Shown here in pieces: positions 1-12,897 of a DNA stretch of 24,000 nucleotides (positions are counted from its first letter, which is position 1; every line of letters starts with the position of its first letter). Source of the stretch: an uncultured Methanolobus sp. GTDB lineage: Archaea > Halobacteriota > Methanosarcinia > Methanosarcinales > Methanosarcinaceae. The notes beneath the pieces are model-generated. The model had not been told where the DNA came from. It worked only from the letters and a program-made list of their open reading frames with translations, and ran no database searches. Location: assembly GCF_963674485.2 (NCBI RefSeq), contig NZ_CAXXKW010000002.1; one strand, given 5' to 3'. A program made the translations under genes and the position numbers.

Positions 1-987
<987 letters not shown>

Positions 988-1089
988 AAGCAGATCGGCA
1001 CAACGCCGATCACCACTTACCGGTCAGAAATCGAAAAACTGTCAGATCCGAGATAATCTACATGGATTCAAAAAAGGCGAATCCAGGAA

Positions 1090-1162
1090 GGGCTTGTAGA
1101 TCAGTTGGGAGATCGTCGCCTTTGCAAGGCGAAGGCCCTGGGTTCGAATCCCAGCAAGTCCA
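1090..1162 (+). tRNA. tRNA-Ala (anticodon TGC) in the 16S-23S spacer
   Basis: Acceptor stem GGGCTTG/CAAGTCC, anticodon stem TCGCC-TTTGCAA-GGCGA, T-arm CTGGG-TTCGAAT-CCCAG, discriminator A. It sits in the canonical 16S-23S spacer position; CCA is not encoded. Confidence 0.95.
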
Positions 1163-1247
1163 TTATTTAGTGCACCCGAGAAGTAACTTTCTCGGGGAAG
1201 GATGAAGTGGCCGTAGCAACAGCGGCTGCAATGAGATCGTGTATATG

Positions 1248-1284
1248 CATGCATATATCAGACGCTCACTGGACAAAGTGAGAT

Positions 1285-1287
<3 letters not shown>
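1248..1287 (+). other. 5' half of the 23S pre-rRNA processing stem
   Basis: CATGCATATATCAGACGCTCACTGGACAAAGTGAGATGGA pairs with 4207..4246; the reverse complement of that segment is CATGCACATATCAGATTTCGCCTGGACAAAGCAAGACGGA. Confidence 0.85.
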
Positions 1288-4205
<2,918 letters not shown>

Positions 4206-4206
4206 G

Positions 4207-4246
4207 TCCGTCTTGCTTTGTCCAGGCGAAATCTGATATGTGCATG
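4207..4246 (+). other. 3' half of the 23S pre-rRNA processing stem
   Basis: TCCGTCTTGCTTTGTCCAGGCGAAATCTGATATGTGCATG is largely complementary to 1248..1287. This is the usual location of the archaeal bulge-helix-bulge processing site. Confidence 0.85.
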
Positions 4247-4310
4247 TTTAATATACATGACCTTATGGTAAAGTATAATATGCGATGGATTCATTCATGA
4301 ATCGCTCATT

Positions 4311-4382
4311 GCCAAGGTGGCGGAGCGGCTACGCAATCGCCTGCAGAGCGATTCCATTCCGGTTCGAATCCGGACCTTGGCT
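4311..4382 (+). tRNA. tRNA-Cys (anticodon GCA)
   Basis: GCCAAGG...CCTTGGC acceptor stem, anticodon arm ATCGC-CTGCAGA-GCGAT (GCA), T-arm CCGG-TTCGAAT-CCGG, discriminator U73 typical of tRNA-Cys. Confidence 0.93.
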
Positions 4383-4410
4383 TTATCATTACCATTCATT
4401 ATGAGAGAGT

Positions 4411-4531
4411 TTGGCGGCCATAGCGGCAGGGAGATTCCTGTACCCATCCCGAACACAGAAGATAAGCCTGCCAGCGTTCCTTACTGTACTGAAGTACGAG
4501 AGTCTTCGGGAACTCTGGATCGCTGCCAGCT
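4411..4531 (+). rRNA. 5S ribosomal RNA
   Basis: TTGGCGGCCATAGCGGCAGGGAGATTCCTGTACCCATCCCGAACACAGAAGATAAGCC...CGCTGCCAGCT: canonical archaeal 5S with pairing ends. Confidence 0.95.
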
Positions 4532-4553
4532 CACTCATAAACACTAACTTTTT

Positions 4554-5348
4554 CTAACTGACTTTTTCTACAACTAATCTATTTGGCTCTGTAGAAATCC
4601 TCATTTTAACGCAAAATATAACCTTGACATACCTGTCAAGGTTATGCACTAATATCTTGAATTTGACCTCTTTTAATTTATTCCAGTACCTTTTTGACCT
4701 TACCTCTTCTCCATGTTTCCTTTTCAGAACAGAGAACATCGTTTCAACCAAGTTTCTATTATGATACAATTCTCTGTCAAATTCCCTCTCCATTTTTCTT
4801 CGATATTTTCCTTTAATCCTCTTCCTTTTTCTTAGTCTCAAAGGAATCATAGCTATTGCATCCAATTGCTCTCTTGTTAGTGAATGTAGCTCTTCTGAGT
4901 CGTAACCTTTGTCCATCACATAGTACTTTGATTTACTAGTTTTATGGCATTGCCGCAGCAATGCCAATGCATGCTTTGCATCATGTACAGGTTTGCCTGA
5001 TATCTTGAAACCAGTAACAATGAACTTTGCAGTATCAACAGAGATACTTGTTTTCAGGAAAGATTTTCGTTTCTTTCCTGTTCTCCAGGAATAGTAATAG
5101 CTACAGTGACCACTAGTAAATCCACTTGAATCAATAGCAGTAACTTCTATTCTTTCGCCATATGAATAAAATAGTTTTAGTGTCTGATGCAATAATCCAT
5201 TGAAGTAGATAGATTTTAGTCTTCTAGTGAATTTGTGAAGTGTAGTAAAATGTGGAACTTGTTTTAGTCCAATCTTTGTTTTAACTTTGTCCATTAATTC
5301 AACAATTTCAACTATATCCCGGTAATCCTCATCAAGATATTCTTTCAA
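4554..5348 (-). pseudogene. IS5/ISH1-like DDE transposase, apparently frameshifted near its N-terminus
   Basis: 264 aa ORF with '[10 protein letters not shown]', '[10 protein letters not shown]', '[11 protein letters not shown]' and '[17 protein letters not shown]'. The missing N-terminus (...[40 protein letters not shown]) is encoded just upstream in another frame, with the shift at ~5349..5352. The ORF stop lies just beyond the left inverted repeat. Confidence 0.8.
4577..4584. repeat. Left target-site duplication of the IS (ATCTATTT)
   Basis: Identical 8-mer immediately outside each inverted repeat. Confidence 0.88.
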
Positions 5349-5585
5349 TAAAACAATGTCAAAAGTTGGTGCTGTGTATATTTCCTTTTAGAATATTTGC
5401 AACTATAGATCTGAAGGTGCGAGTTTCCTGATACAGCCAGCGCTGTATCAACAAACTTTAAGTACTTATTAGACAGAACACAATCATCCCCTTTGTGTTT
5501 TCTTGTGGTGAGTAATACTCAGGGGATTTATCCTTTTTAAATTATTATGTCAAAATAAAATTGAAAGTAGGTTTTCTACAGAGCC
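4585..5585 (-). mobile_element. Insertion sequence, IS5 family, ISH1-like subgroup (~1001 bp)
   Basis: Perfect terminal inverted repeats GGCTCTGTAGAAA (4585..4597) and TTTCTACAGAGCC (5573..5585), flanked by identical 8-bp direct repeats ATCTATTT (4577..4584 and 5586..5593). It encloses a DDE transposase ORF. Confidence 0.92.
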
Positions 5586-5593
5586 ATCTATTT
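5586..5593. repeat. Right target-site duplication of the IS (ATCTATTT)
   Basis: Matches 4577..4584. Confidence 0.88.
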
Positions 5594-5656
5594 GTTTTAT
5601 TATGTTAATTATCACTCTTACTTTCTTCTGATTATGAATGCGTATAGCAATTTTAT

Positions 5657-6316
5657 TTATGTCTTTATATTTCTTCCAAGAGCCTCATTGACATCATTTA
5701 TCAAATCTGCCCTGGTAACCAGTATAAGTTCATCCTTTTCATGTAATTTAGGATCTTTTTCTGCAAGGATGAATTCATCTTTGCGATAAATGCCTATGAA
5801 TGCACTATTTTCAGGTAACGATATCTCTGATAATTTCATATCCATTATCTGGTCGGTAGCCATTACCCCCATAAAACGAACATCAGAACGCACCAGATTA
5901 CTCAGTTCAATTGTGTTAATACCTCTGAGGACATCTGAGATGTATCTGGAAGATATGCTTGAGGGGTTGATCATATAATAAAAGCCAAGCTTGTTTGCAA
6001 TATCCATGAATTGCTTGTCATCTATCTTCAGAATAACTTTCCCAACTTTGGCATCTCTGGCTATTAGTCCGATGAGGATATTATTCTGATCAATGTTTGT
6101 ACAGGCAACAACTGCATCTGCATTAGATATGTCTGCTTTTTCTAAAATATCCGGTCTTGTGCCTTCAGCATTTATAACTGTACAATCCAGGGTCTCTGCT
6201 AGCTCTTTGGCTATTGACTCATCTTTCTCTATCAGTATGACCTCTTTGCCCTGCTGGATCATATTTTTTGTGAGATTTATTCCCAGTGAACCGGCACCAA
6301 CTACAATTACTCTCAT
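5657..6316 (-). CDS. trkA: Trk K+ uptake regulatory protein TrkA (NAD-binding TrkA-N plus TrkA-C)
   Basis: 'MRVIVVGAGSLGINLTKNMIQQGKEVILIEKDE' Rossmann fold and C-terminal RCK_C-like region; overlaps trkH by 4 nt. Confidence 0.9.
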   Translation of the reverse strand: MRVIVVGAGSLGINLTKNMIQQGKEVILIEKDESIAKELAETLDCTVINAEGTRPDILEKADISNADAVVACTNIDQNNILIGLIARDAKVGKVILKIDDKQFMDIANKLGFYYMINPSSISSRYISDVLRGINTIELSNLVRSDVRFMGVMATDQIMDMKLSEISLPENSAFIGIYRKDEFILAEKDPKLHEKDELILVTRADLINDVNEALGRNIKT

Positions 6317-7770
6317 ATTTTAACATTCCTTTTATTTGCTCTTTTTCTTTTTATCCATGTTCCCGGCATGAACAGCAATATCAATGGTATTATCTCAATT
6401 CTTCCAAACAACATGTCAATGATCAGTACTAACTTAAGGATGACAGGCATCGCAGCATTTGTAACTCCTGCAGAAAGTCCGACAGTGCTCAAAGCACTTG
6501 ATACTTCGAAAACTGAACTGTTAGTGTTCACTCCATAGGTCATAAAAACAAAAGACGATACAACCAGTATCAAAGTGTAAAGCAGCATGAAAGTCACAAG
6601 ATTGTAGATTTCATCACTCTCTACAATGTGGTCCTCTATTTTTATTGGTGTAATAGTCTCTCTGGGAAGGAACAATCTCAATAATACATTATGTACTACT
6701 TTAAATAGCAAAAGGACCCTGAACACTTTAATTCCGCCTGCGGTGGATCCTACATTACCTCCTATCCACATCATAAATATCAACACAGCTTTGGAAGCAT
6801 CAGATAATATAGAAAGGTCTACTGTAGAAAAACCTGCTGTGCTAACTGCAGATATTACCTGGAAAAGACTTTCCTTGATTAAATTGTACTCCATATCTTC
6901 TTTTGCAAGAGTAAAAGCAAAAAGAATTGCTCCTATAGTTGTAAAGACCAGGAAAGCCCTAAGTTCCAGGTTTTTGAAGAATTTCTCTGGCTTCTTGAAA
7001 AGATAGGGATAAAGTACAAAACTAACCGCTCCCAGAAGACACGATATGCTAACAGCTGCAGGTATCATGCTTCCCTGATATGCACCTATGCTTTCAGCAC
7101 GTGTTGAAAATCCGCCGGTTGATACACAACAAAGGGCGTGGCATATAGAATCAAACAGGGACATACCACTCATTAAAAGCAATACTATGGAAACCAATGT
7201 TATAATTATATAGACTTTTCCAAGTGTACGGGTGGTGGCTATGACAGTTGGTTTGATCTTCATATCTCCATAGTTTGCCTTGTACATCCTGGATGCGGTA
7301 GTTCCCGGACTGATAAGGACAGAGAGCACCACAAGGATTATTCCTATTCCGCCCACCCACTGGCCCCAGGAACGTGCAAAAAGGAACACCGGTCCGACAT
7401 CTGCCGGTGCAACACTGAGACCTGTTGTCGTAACAGCTGACACACTTTCAAAATAAGCATCTATAAAAGGCATTCCTGTTGTAAGCGACATTGGGATTGC
7501 ACTAAGAAGTGCAGAGATCGGGAAAACCAGTGCAACAATGATGAGTGCTTCTTTTGTTTCAAGTTCATAGTCGGGAAGGGCTCGATAGACAATCGTTCCA
7601 ATAATAAAAACTGCTATAGCAGTACTTCCATAATCTATGGCAGCTTCTATATTTCCAAGGATCAACGCAGCAATTGTCGGAACAATCAGGACAAAAGTGA
7701 AAGCTATGAGATAATATCCCATGTACTTTGCCACAGCTTTTTGGTTAACAGGGGAGTGTAGCTCGTACAT
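6313..7770 (-). CDS. trkH: Trk-type K+ transporter membrane subunit
   Basis: 485 aa polytopic protein with TrkH signatures 'ESVSAVTTTGLS', 'CCVSTGGFSTR', 'AVSTAGFSTVDLS', 'MWIGGNVGSTAGGIKVFR'. Confidence 0.93.
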   Translation of the reverse strand: MYELHSPVNQKAVAKYMGYYLIAFTFVLIVPTIAALILGNIEAAIDYGSTAIAVFIIGTIVYRALPDYELETKEALIIVALVFPISALLSAIPMSLTTGMPFIDAYFESVSAVTTTGLSVAPADVGPVFLFARSWGQWVGGIGIILVVLSVLISPGTTASRMYKANYGDMKIKPTVIATTRTLGKVYIIITLVSIVLLLMSGMSLFDSICHALCCVSTGGFSTRAESIGAYQGSMIPAAVSISCLLGAVSFVLYPYLFKKPEKFFKNLELRAFLVFTTIGAILFAFTLAKEDMEYNLIKESLFQVISAVSTAGFSTVDLSILSDASKAVLIFMMWIGGNVGSTAGGIKVFRVLLLFKVVHNVLLRLFLPRETITPIKIEDHIVESDEIYNLVTFMLLYTLILVVSSFVFMTYGVNTNSSVFEVSSALSTVGLSAGVTNAAMPVILKLVLIIDMLFGRIEIIPLILLFMPGTWIKRKRANKRNVKI

Positions 7771-7872
7771 ATATTATAATGATTCCTGTTACATTATAAA
7801 TTATATCATGAAATATTCCTTCTGTTCATCTTTCATTTGAGATTGTAACTTCTTAGTTTAGGTTCCTGAAAG

Positions 7873-7890
7873 GAAGCTTAAATATATCTT
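7873..7890 (+). promoter_or_regulatory. Candidate archaeal TATA/BRE promoter of tgtA
   Basis: 'AGCTTAAATATATCTT' about 25-35 nt upstream of the ATG at 7910. Confidence 0.5.
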
Positions 7891-7909
7891 AACTATCATC
7901 TAAAAGCTC

Positions 7910-9379
7910 ATGTCATCACAATTTGATATAATTCATAAGGATGCAGCAGGGCGTATTGGTAAGCTGACAACCCCGCATGGAGTGGTTGAAACTCCTACTG
8001 TAATGCCTGTCATTAATCCTAATATCCAGACAGTAAAACCCTCTGAGATGAGGGAATTCGGTGCTGAGATACTTATCACCAACTCATATATCATCTATCG
8101 TAAGGATGAATTAAGGGAAAAGGCACTGAAAGATGGTCTGCATGCATTACTCGATTTTGACGGTCCCCTTATGACAGACTCTGGTTCATTCCAGCTATCG
8201 GTCTATGGTGAAGTCGAGGTCACAAATGAAATGATAATCAATTTCCAGCAGAAGATAGGAACAGACATAGGCGTTCCTCTTGATATTCCTACACATCCTG
8301 ATGTGTCTTATGAAAAGGCAAAGGAAGATATGGATATCACAATACAGCGTCTTAAGGAAGCAAGGGAACTTGTGAAAGGTGACATGCTTCTGGCAGGTCC
8401 TGTGCAAGGTGCTATTTACAAGGATCTCCGTGAGGAGTGTGCCCGTGAGCTTTCAGAGGTAGGCTTTGATGTATATCCATTTGGAGCTGTGGTCCCATTG
8501 ATGGAGTCCTATCGCTATGCTGATCTTGTAGATGTAATTGCTTCCGCTAAAAAAGGCCTCGACCCCACAGCACCTGTCCATCTGTTTGGTGCAGGACACC
8601 CGATGATGTTCGCATTGGCAGTTGCTCTTGGATGTGATCTTTTCGATTCTGCTGCATATGCTCTTTATGCGAAGGACAGGCGTTACATCACTTCAAGAGG
8701 AACATATCATGTAGACCAGCTTAAGTATCTGCCATGCTCATGTCCTGTATGTCTGGCTCACACAGCGGAAGAATTGAAAAAGGCTCACAACTGCACCGAG
8801 CTTCTTGCCAGGCACAACCTCTATGTAACTTTTGAAGAGGTTCGTGAGGTCAAGCAGGCCATATGGGAAGGCAACCTCCTTGAGCTTGTGGAGCAGAGAT
8901 GCCGGGCTCATCCAAGGATGCTTGAAGCCCTTAAGCAGATGTATACATATTCTCCATGGCTGGAGCAGTGTGATCCATCATCCAAATCCACATTATTCTA
9001 TTGTGGTCCAGAGTCTGCCAGACGTCCGGAAGTCCTGCGTTTCAACAGGCAGCTTGAAAGGTTTACCATAGAAGGTTCGGCTTTGATACGGGCTTACCCG
9101 ACAAAGAGGGACAGTGATTATGACAACGTCCTGATATTCAAACCACCATTCGGGTCTTACCCGCAGGAACTTGCAGAGGTCTATCCGTTCAATGCTGAAG
9201 TTGTAAGGACTCCTGATTATGAATCCCTTGAGAGTGCTTATGAGAACACCATCAGGCTTGTGGAACTGAACCCTAAGGCAACATTCACTTTCCTGATGCA
9301 GGATAAATTAGAGCATCCTCTTGTAGAAAAACTTGAAAAGATGGATAACTTTACAGTTATCTCTTCCCAGAAAGAGTAA
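7910..9379 (+). CDS. tgtA: Archaeal tRNA-guanine(15) transglycosylase (archaeosine biosynthesis)
   Basis: 'FEIIHKDAAGRIGKLTTPHGVVETPTVMPV'-type N-terminus, 'LMTDSGSFQLS', 'VHLFGAGHPMMFALAVALGCDLFDSAAYALYAK', zinc site 'CSCPVC'. Confidence 0.93.
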   Translation: MSSQFDIIHKDAAGRIGKLTTPHGVVETPTVMPVINPNIQTVKPSEMREFGAEILITNSYIIYRKDELREKALKDGLHALLDFDGPLMTDSGSFQLSVYGEVEVTNEMIINFQQKIGTDIGVPLDIPTHPDVSYEKAKEDMDITIQRLKEARELVKGDMLLAGPVQGAIYKDLREECARELSEVGFDVYPFGAVVPLMESYRYADLVDVIASAKKGLDPTAPVHLFGAGHPMMFALAVALGCDLFDSAAYALYAKDRRYITSRGTYHVDQLKYLPCSCPVCLAHTAEELKKAHNCTELLARHNLYVTFEEVREVKQAIWEGNLLELVEQRCRAHPRMLEALKQMYTYSPWLEQCDPSSKSTLFYCGPESARRPEVLRFNRQLERFTIEGSALIRAYPTKRDSDYDNVLIFKPPFGSYPQELAEVYPFNAEVVRTPDYESLESAYENTIRLVELNPKATFTFLMQDKLEHPLVEKLEKMDNFTVISSQKE

Positions 9380-9537
9380 AGTCAATTCTCTATCAAAAAG
9401 GAAATAAAACCTGGTTATCATTTGATACTCTGGTTCTTATTGTCCAATTCTTTTTTATTTTATACCTGTCCGACTCATTTTTAGTCCGACCACCCTAATA
9501 CTAATATACGATACTGGAAATTAGGAGCTATAATCTA

Positions 9538-10497
9538 TTGGTGATGATATACTTGGTTTCGACTTCAGGCTCAAAAACACGGAATCCTTATCTTGAATTG
9601 TTAAGGCCGGAAATAGCGGATATGGATTTTGCCCTTCCTGCTGCAAGTGCTTTGCTGGCATCCTATCTTGCAATAGGGGCACTGCCAGATCCGATTCTTT
9701 TCATAATAGCGGTTATCGGGGGCTACGCAGCGATAACAAGTTCCTATGTATATAATGACTGTTGTGATGTCGATATAGATCAGATTAATCTTCCAAACCG
9801 CCCGTTGGTGTCTGATAAACTAAGTCGCGGACAGGCTATGAAGTATGCAGGGCTGTTATTTTTAATAGCAAGTGTGGCAGCTCTCTATCTGAATCCTGAA
9901 TCTTTTGTGGTATTGGTGATAGCAGTCGTCACTATAAGTATATACTCAAAACTTGCAAAAAGACTGACATTTCTTAGTTTCGTACCTGTGGGAATAGCTT
10001 ACGGGCTTGTACCTATAGGTATCTGGCTGGCATTCAATCCGGCAGGAATTCTCAGGAATCCCGATTATGGTTCCATACTTCCTCTGCCTGCCATATTCCT
10101 TGGCCTAATGATGTGTTTCACTGACTGGGGTTTCACATTGTCCGGTGTGGCAAGGGATGTGGAAGGCGACAGAGCCAGAGGCGCACCGACATTTCCGGTG
10201 ACATTCGGAGTTCCAGCAACCTCTAAGTTTGTAACTATCATGTGGGTTGTAGGTGTCATAGCCTCAATTGCCATCGGATTGACTGCAAAGATAGGGCCCA
10301 TATATTTTGCAGGTGCACTGCTTGCAGGTGGGTGGATGCTCACGCAGTCATTTGATTTTATAAAGAACCCGACACATGAACGTGGAGGAAGGCTATTTCT
10401 CCAGGGCTCCAGATACAGGGGTCTCATGTTTGGTTCTCTCATACTTGATGTAATACTTTGCATACTTGTTCCGGCATATTCCGGTATATTATGGTAA
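9538..10497 (+). CDS. UbiA-family prenyltransferase
   Basis: Polytopic protein with two Asp-rich motifs, 'NDCCDVDIDQINLPNRPLVS' and 'ARDVEGDRARGAPTFPVTFG'. Start could be TTG 9538, GTG 9541 or ATG 9544. Confidence 0.85.
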   Translation: MVMIYLVSTSGSKTRNPYLELLRPEIADMDFALPAASALLASYLAIGALPDPILFIIAVIGGYAAITSSYVYNDCCDVDIDQINLPNRPLVSDKLSRGQAMKYAGLLFLIASVAALYLNPESFVVLVIAVVTISIYSKLAKRLTFLSFVPVGIAYGLVPIGIWLAFNPAGILRNPDYGSILPLPAIFLGLMMCFTDWGFTLSGVARDVEGDRARGAPTFPVTFGVPATSKFVTIMWVVGVIASIAIGLTAKIGPIYFAGALLAGGWMLTQSFDFIKNPTHERGGRLFLQGSRYRGLMFGSLILDVILCILVPAYSGILW

Positions 10498-10522
10498 TAA
10501 TTAGGTGTTTACGAGGTTCAAA

Positions 10523-11680
10523 ATGGATGCAGATATCATTGTAATAGGGGCTTCCCCGGCAGGGGTCATGGCAGCACGGAATGCATCGGCTAAAGGCTGC
10601 AAAGTAATCCTTCTCGATAAAAAAGAAGCTGCAGGTGTACCTACCCATCCGGCAAACACTTTTTTCAAAGGGATGTTTGATCGCACAGGTGAGGAAGTTG
10701 ACCAGAGTTATGTTATCAAGAATCTCAAAGGTGCCTACATAATAGCACCATCCGGCAGGAATGTCATTTTTGAGGGGGATGCTTATTTCCTTGACAGGAA
10801 GAAATTTGATGAGTTTTACATTCGCCATGCAAAAGAAGCAGGTGCAGACGTTCGCTTCGGAATCGAAGTTCTCAATGTTCTCCGGGTCGATGGCGGTTTC
10901 ACAGTAAGCACCTCAAAGGGCAAGATCAAGTGTAAGCTCGTTATTGTTTCAGATGGTATAAACTCCCGGATAGGTGCCCTTCTGGGTATGATACCTATCA
11001 AATACCCTCAGGACATTGCCTGGTCCCTTGAAGCAGAGATCGAAGCTGAAGGCATTGGTGAGCCCGATATGTTCGAATATTACGTGGGCAACCATGCACC
11101 AGGATGGAAATCCACTTATTCCCCATGTGGTGGTAATAGGGCAACACTTGGTATGTATGTCCGCAGGCATGGCAAGGATGTTTCTGATTTCTTCGATGCA
11201 TGGCTTGAAAAGTTCAAGACATTAAAGGGGCTTGATGAAGTAAAGATCATCAGTAAATCCGTAGGTGGTGATCCTATAGTTGCAATTCCAGGTGAGATAG
11301 TCGCCGACGGTGTAATGATAACGGGTGGTTCTGCTGCCCAGTCAGGTATAGGATACGGCATGCATGCAGGACAGATGTGTGGTGATGTTGCTGCCGATGC
11401 AATTGCAAAAGGTAATCTGTCAAAAAGCTTCCTTTCCGAATATAGGAAACGCTGGAATGCCGCATACAGGACTGAGTACTACCTTGGAAGGTTTGCCATG
11501 GAGACTCTCAGGAAAATGACTGACAAGGAGATCGATGAGCTTATGAAGGTCTTTGAAGGAGAGGACTTGAAGGTCCTTGGCGGAAGTCCTTTCAACCAGG
11601 CATTACAGGTATCAAAAATGATATTGAAAAATAACCCTTCATCCATACTTTCATACAGGGCTATCTTCAGGACGAAGTGA
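10523..11680 (+). CDS. Geranylgeranyl-reductase-family FAD-dependent oxidoreductase
   Basis: 'ADIIVIGASPAGVMAARNASAKGCKVILLDKK' FAD-binding N-terminus and 'DGVMITGGSAAQSGIGYGMHAGQMCGDVAADAI' C-terminal FAD motif. ATG at 10523 follows an 'GAGGT' SD-like sequence; the track start at 10505 is less likely. Confidence 0.85.
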   Translation: MDADIIVIGASPAGVMAARNASAKGCKVILLDKKEAAGVPTHPANTFFKGMFDRTGEEVDQSYVIKNLKGAYIIAPSGRNVIFEGDAYFLDRKKFDEFYIRHAKEAGADVRFGIEVLNVLRVDGGFTVSTSKGKIKCKLVIVSDGINSRIGALLGMIPIKYPQDIAWSLEAEIEAEGIGEPDMFEYYVGNHAPGWKSTYSPCGGNRATLGMYVRRHGKDVSDFFDAWLEKFKTLKGLDEVKIISKSVGGDPIVAIPGEIVADGVMITGGSAAQSGIGYGMHAGQMCGDVAADAIAKGNLSKSFLSEYRKRWNAAYRTEYYLGRFAMETLRKMTDKEIDELMKVFEGEDLKVLGGSPFNQALQVSKMILKNNPSSILSYRAIFRTK

Positions 11681-11683
11681 ACG

Positions 11684-12829
11684 ATGAAGAACAAGTATTA
11701 CTTTTACAGGAATCCATTTTTCAAGGTATATGCCCAGATAGAGGATGGCCGGGTAAAAATGAAGACTTCCGGTATCGCGTCCTCTATCATGGGTTCTTAC
11801 GTTTCGGAAATGATGGAGATATTTGAGGATACAAAACCTTCAAAAGTGGAAAAGAACCAGTTGATATATTCCACCTGGATGCCTCCTATACCCAGCAAGG
11901 CATTTGACAGGCTTGTTGCAAGCCAGATGAGTGCGATGAGGGGTAAATTCGTTCCGGAACAGATCACAATTTCAATTACCGAAGAGTGCCCTAACAGGTG
12001 TATACACTGTGCTCTTCCTGATACCAAGAACAAAGCAAGGCTCAGTCCCGATGCTGTGAAAAGTGTCATCGACCAAACCCAGAAGATGGGTACGACCCTC
12101 ATTATATTTGATGGGGGGGAACCTCTGTTATATGATGGCCTTGAGGATCTCATAAGTTATGTCGATAAATCCCGTGCGATTCCGGGTCTTTTCACATCCG
12201 GTGTGGGCATGACTCCGCAACGTGCATTGAGCCTGAAGGACGCGGGTCTCTCCATGCTCAGTGTGAGTCTTGACAGCGCAAATGAAGAAGGTCACGATTA
12301 CATGCGTGGAAGGCCGGGCGTGTTTAACGATGCTGTCAATGCCATAAAGAATGGTCTGGATGCAGGCTTGCTGGTTGGCATTTACGTTGTTCTTTCACCA
12401 AGGAATGTTGATGAGCTTGATGAATTCTATGAGCTTGCAAAGGAACTCGGTGTGCATGAACTTTCTTTCTATGAAATAGTCCCAACCGGAAGATGGCAGG
12501 GTCATGAAAAAGAAGTTCTCTCAGCCGAAGGCCTGAAAAAGTTCGATGATTTCGTAGAACGCAAATCTCATGCTCAAGGCCCACGTGTTTTCCCGATTCC
12601 TCAGATCTTAAGGAAAATGGGGTGTTTTGCAGGCAGAAAATGGCTTCATGTAACTCCTGAAGGCGATGTACTTCCATGTGCATGCATGCCAAAACCATAT
12701 GGTAACATCCATGAGGAAAGCCTGGCTTCCATATGGAAAAAGATATACAAAGATCCTGTTTTCACTTCAGGTCCCTGTCTTATGAGGGATTCTGAATTTA
12801 GGACGGTCCATCTCGGACTGGAAAAATAG
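11684..12829 (+). CDS. Radical SAM protein, SPASM-like C-terminal region
   Basis: 'ITISITEECPNRCIHCALPD' CxxxCxxC cluster, 'FDGGEPLLY', C-terminal 'GCFAGRKWLHVTPEGDVLPCACMPKPYGNI'. Confidence 0.88.
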   Translation: MKNKYYFYRNPFFKVYAQIEDGRVKMKTSGIASSIMGSYVSEMMEIFEDTKPSKVEKNQLIYSTWMPPIPSKAFDRLVASQMSAMRGKFVPEQITISITEECPNRCIHCALPDTKNKARLSPDAVKSVIDQTQKMGTTLIIFDGGEPLLYDGLEDLISYVDKSRAIPGLFTSGVGMTPQRALSLKDAGLSMLSVSLDSANEEGHDYMRGRPGVFNDAVNAIKNGLDAGLLVGIYVVLSPRNVDELDEFYELAKELGVHELSFYEIVPTGRWQGHEKEVLSAEGLKKFDDFVERKSHAQGPRVFPIPQILRKMGCFAGRKWLHVTPEGDVLPCACMPKPYGNIHEESLASIWKKIYKDPVFTSGPCLMRDSEFRTVHLGLEK

Positions 12830-12869
12830 TGTTGTTCTAAAATAGTTTCAACAAAAAACAGTTGAAATG

Positions 12870-12888
12870 AGGGTGAAGATCACCCTCT
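12870..12888. terminator. Hairpin between convergent genes, possible bidirectional terminator
   Basis: GAGGGTGA-AGA-TCACCCTC followed by TTTAATTTT. A second hairpin, TTTCAAC(12847..12853)/GTTGAAA(12862..12868), lies just upstream. Confidence 0.55.
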
Positions 12889-12897
12889 TAATTTTGA

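Noticed and set aside
4317-4547. 76-aa plus-strand ORF MAERLRNRLQSDSIPVRI...
   Set aside because: It runs through tRNA-Cys and 5S rRNA; not a coding gene.
5586-5656. Possible second mobile-element remnant between the IS and trkA
   Set aside because: Only AT-rich sequence; no repeats or coding remnants beyond the 8-bp duplication.
5592-7360. ORFs on either strand overlapping trkA/trkH (5592..5789, 5790..5978, 6093..6323, 6626..7006, 7151..7360)
   Set aside because: All overlap well-supported trkA or trkH coding sequence or its edge, with no recognisable motifs.
10065-11465. Minus-strand ORFs opposite the UbiA and geranylgeranyl-reductase-like genes
   Set aside because: Shadow ORFs of conserved plus-strand genes.
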